Assembly: GCA_003712055.1 (NCBI GenBank)
Contig: RHLJ01000007.1
Location: 113,512-177,511 of the forward strand
Length of the DNA: 64,000 nucleotides
From: Balneola sp.
GTDB lineage: Bacteria > Bacteroidota > Rhodothermia > Balneolales > Balneolaceae
Reading direction: 5' to 3'
Below are positions 63,028-64,000 of this stretch, piece after piece (the first letter of the stretch is position 1; each line of letters opens with the position of its first letter). Position numbers and translations under genes: made by a program. The notes below the pieces were generated by a model. The model saw only the letters and a list, made by a program, of their open reading frames with translations. It did not search any database and had not been told where the DNA came from.

Positions 63028-64000
63028 ATGTCTGAGAACGAATTATCAAAAGATACTTTCCAGTTGGGAATAACTATGGCTGGAGCCTCTTCTGCAGGAT
63101 GCTACATCGGTGGAGTGATGGATTACTTCTTTGAAGTACTGGATCAATGGGAAGCGGCAAAAAAAGGTAAGAGAAAGGTAAAATCCAGCGATGGGGAATG
63201 GATTGAAGTAGACCTCACAGAAGAGCAGAAAAAAATGGTGCCACCACATAAAGTTATGATCGAGGTTATTGGTGGTAACTCAGGTGGGGGAATGACTACA
63301 GCCATGACAGGTCTCCATGCTATAAAGGGAAAGTTCAATCCGGTTCAGGAAATCGACCTTAGCAAGGAAAGAGAGGAGACCGGTAATGTATTCTATGATA
63401 GTTGGGTAGGTCTTGGTGATAAAGGTAAAGTCACCACATTTCAGCGAGGACTTGATACAGGCGATTTGTCTGATGGCAAGATCCATTCAATATTGAATTC
63501 TTCATTTATCGAAGAGATCGCAAAGAAAGCGTTCGTCTTAGAGGGAGACTCAGAAACGGATCCTACAGACAATCTTCCGGATTATTTTTCCAGAGATTTG
63601 GAAATGGTAATTGCTCATGCCATGCTAAGGGGAGTTCCTTTGGAAATACCATTTGGTAACAATACCAATAAAAAACTCCGTAGCGCCCCCAGGCACGCAA
63701 CCTATGAACACTTTTTATTGTCGCATTTAAAACTGAATAATGGTACTCCAACTAATCCCGATGAATACATCTATCTGAATCCCTACGACGATCATGTAAA
63801 AAAACAGATCCAAATGATTGCGATGGCAACGGGAGCATTTCCAATAGGTTTGATGTATCGGAAATTTGATACTTCCCTGTTCAACGAAAACTACATTAAA
63901 AGAACTATTAGCCGGGTAGTCGACCAAAAGCTTTGGGAAGCGAACCCAAGTATGTTCCAAAATATACTATGGACTAATTTTCCTGATCCATATTCAAGTC
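63028..64000 (+). CDS. Patatin-like phospholipase, N-terminal 324 aa; continues past the right window edge
   Basis: Not in the ORF track because it is open at the window end. Own translation from ATG 63028 (AAGGAG at 63015-63020, 7-nt spacer) has no stops: MSENELSKDTFQLGITMAGASSAGCYIGGVMDYF..VIGGNSGGGMTTAM..MATGAFPIGL... The marks are a glycine-rich oxyanion-hole block, a G-x-S-x-G nucleophile elbow (GNSGG) and the A-x-x-A-x-P block of patatins. Confidence 0.78.
   Translation, partial: MSENELSKDTFQLGITMAGASSAGCYIGGVMDYFFEVLDQWEAAKKGKRKVKSSDGEWIEVDLTEEQKKMVPPHKVMIEVIGGNSGGGMTTAMTGLHAIKGKFNPVQEIDLSKEREETGNVFYDSWVGLGDKGKVTTFQRGLDTGDLSDGKIHSILNSSFIEEIAKKAFVLEGDSETDPTDNLPDYFSRDLEMVIAHAMLRGVPLEIPFGNNTNKKLRSAPRHATYEHFLLSHLKLNNGTPTNPDEYIYLNPYDDHVKKQIQMIAMATGAFPIGLMYRKFDTSLFNENYIKRTISRVVDQKLWEANPSMFQNILWTNFPDPYSS

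Noticed and set aside
63046-63960. Five minus-strand ORFs of 62-77 aa at the right end
   Set aside because: All are antisense to the uninterrupted plus-strand patatin-like frame (63028-64000) that I translated codon by codon, and it carries GxSxG and other family motifs.

Overview
This is a 64-kb chromosomal window, most likely from an FCB-group bacterium (Bacteroidota/Balneolota-like). That placement is an inference from three proteins ending in a T9SS type-A C-terminal sorting domain, a carboxypeptidase-regulatory-type TonB-dependent receptor and an exbB-exbD-exbD cluster. All family calls come from reading motifs by eye, since no database or HMM search was possible.

Positions 1-38.9 kb are mainly housekeeping:
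- heme O and heme A synthases
- a glycan-related stretch: a GtrB-like/GtrA-like pair; a TPR-like protein, a POTRA-less Omp85-type barrel and a processive GT2; a GT4 with an SDR epimerase
- a six-gene minus-strand tRNA cluster with an exact tRNA-Glu duplication
- clpC, gpmI, rpsT, cmk-rpsA, an orphan moxR, uppP
- a DEGS-type (sphingolipid delta-4-like) desaturase and a second Omp85-type barrel paralog
- rpsF-rpsR-rplI and a DsbD-family reductase
- a 1162-aa outer-membrane protein followed by exbB, a small TM gene and two exbD genes
- thiL and ftsH

Positions 38.9-61.1 kb look accessory and are rich in secretion cargo:
- a TonB-dependent receptor
- an 1867-aa T9SS protein built from four in-frame tandem ~1.32-kb repeats, followed by a small lipoprotein
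- queD-folE2 and a TolB-like propeller
- a 2323-aa T9SS multi-enzyme: propeller with CHRD insert, lamin-tail domain and two 5'-nucleotidase modules separated by an OB-like domain
- a divergently transcribed 860-aa T9SS extracellular EEP nuclease
- REP-like GC-rich hairpins and two sets of 11-bp-phased direct repeats in the intergenic regions of this island

The last 2.7 kb carry a tightly coupled three-gene module: a small TM protein, an exported SH3b plus ComEC-type MBL hydrolase, and a patatin-like phospholipase cut by the window edge. An 18-bp perfect palindrome lies upstream of it.

I saw no rRNA, CRISPR array, transposase, integrase or prophage genes.
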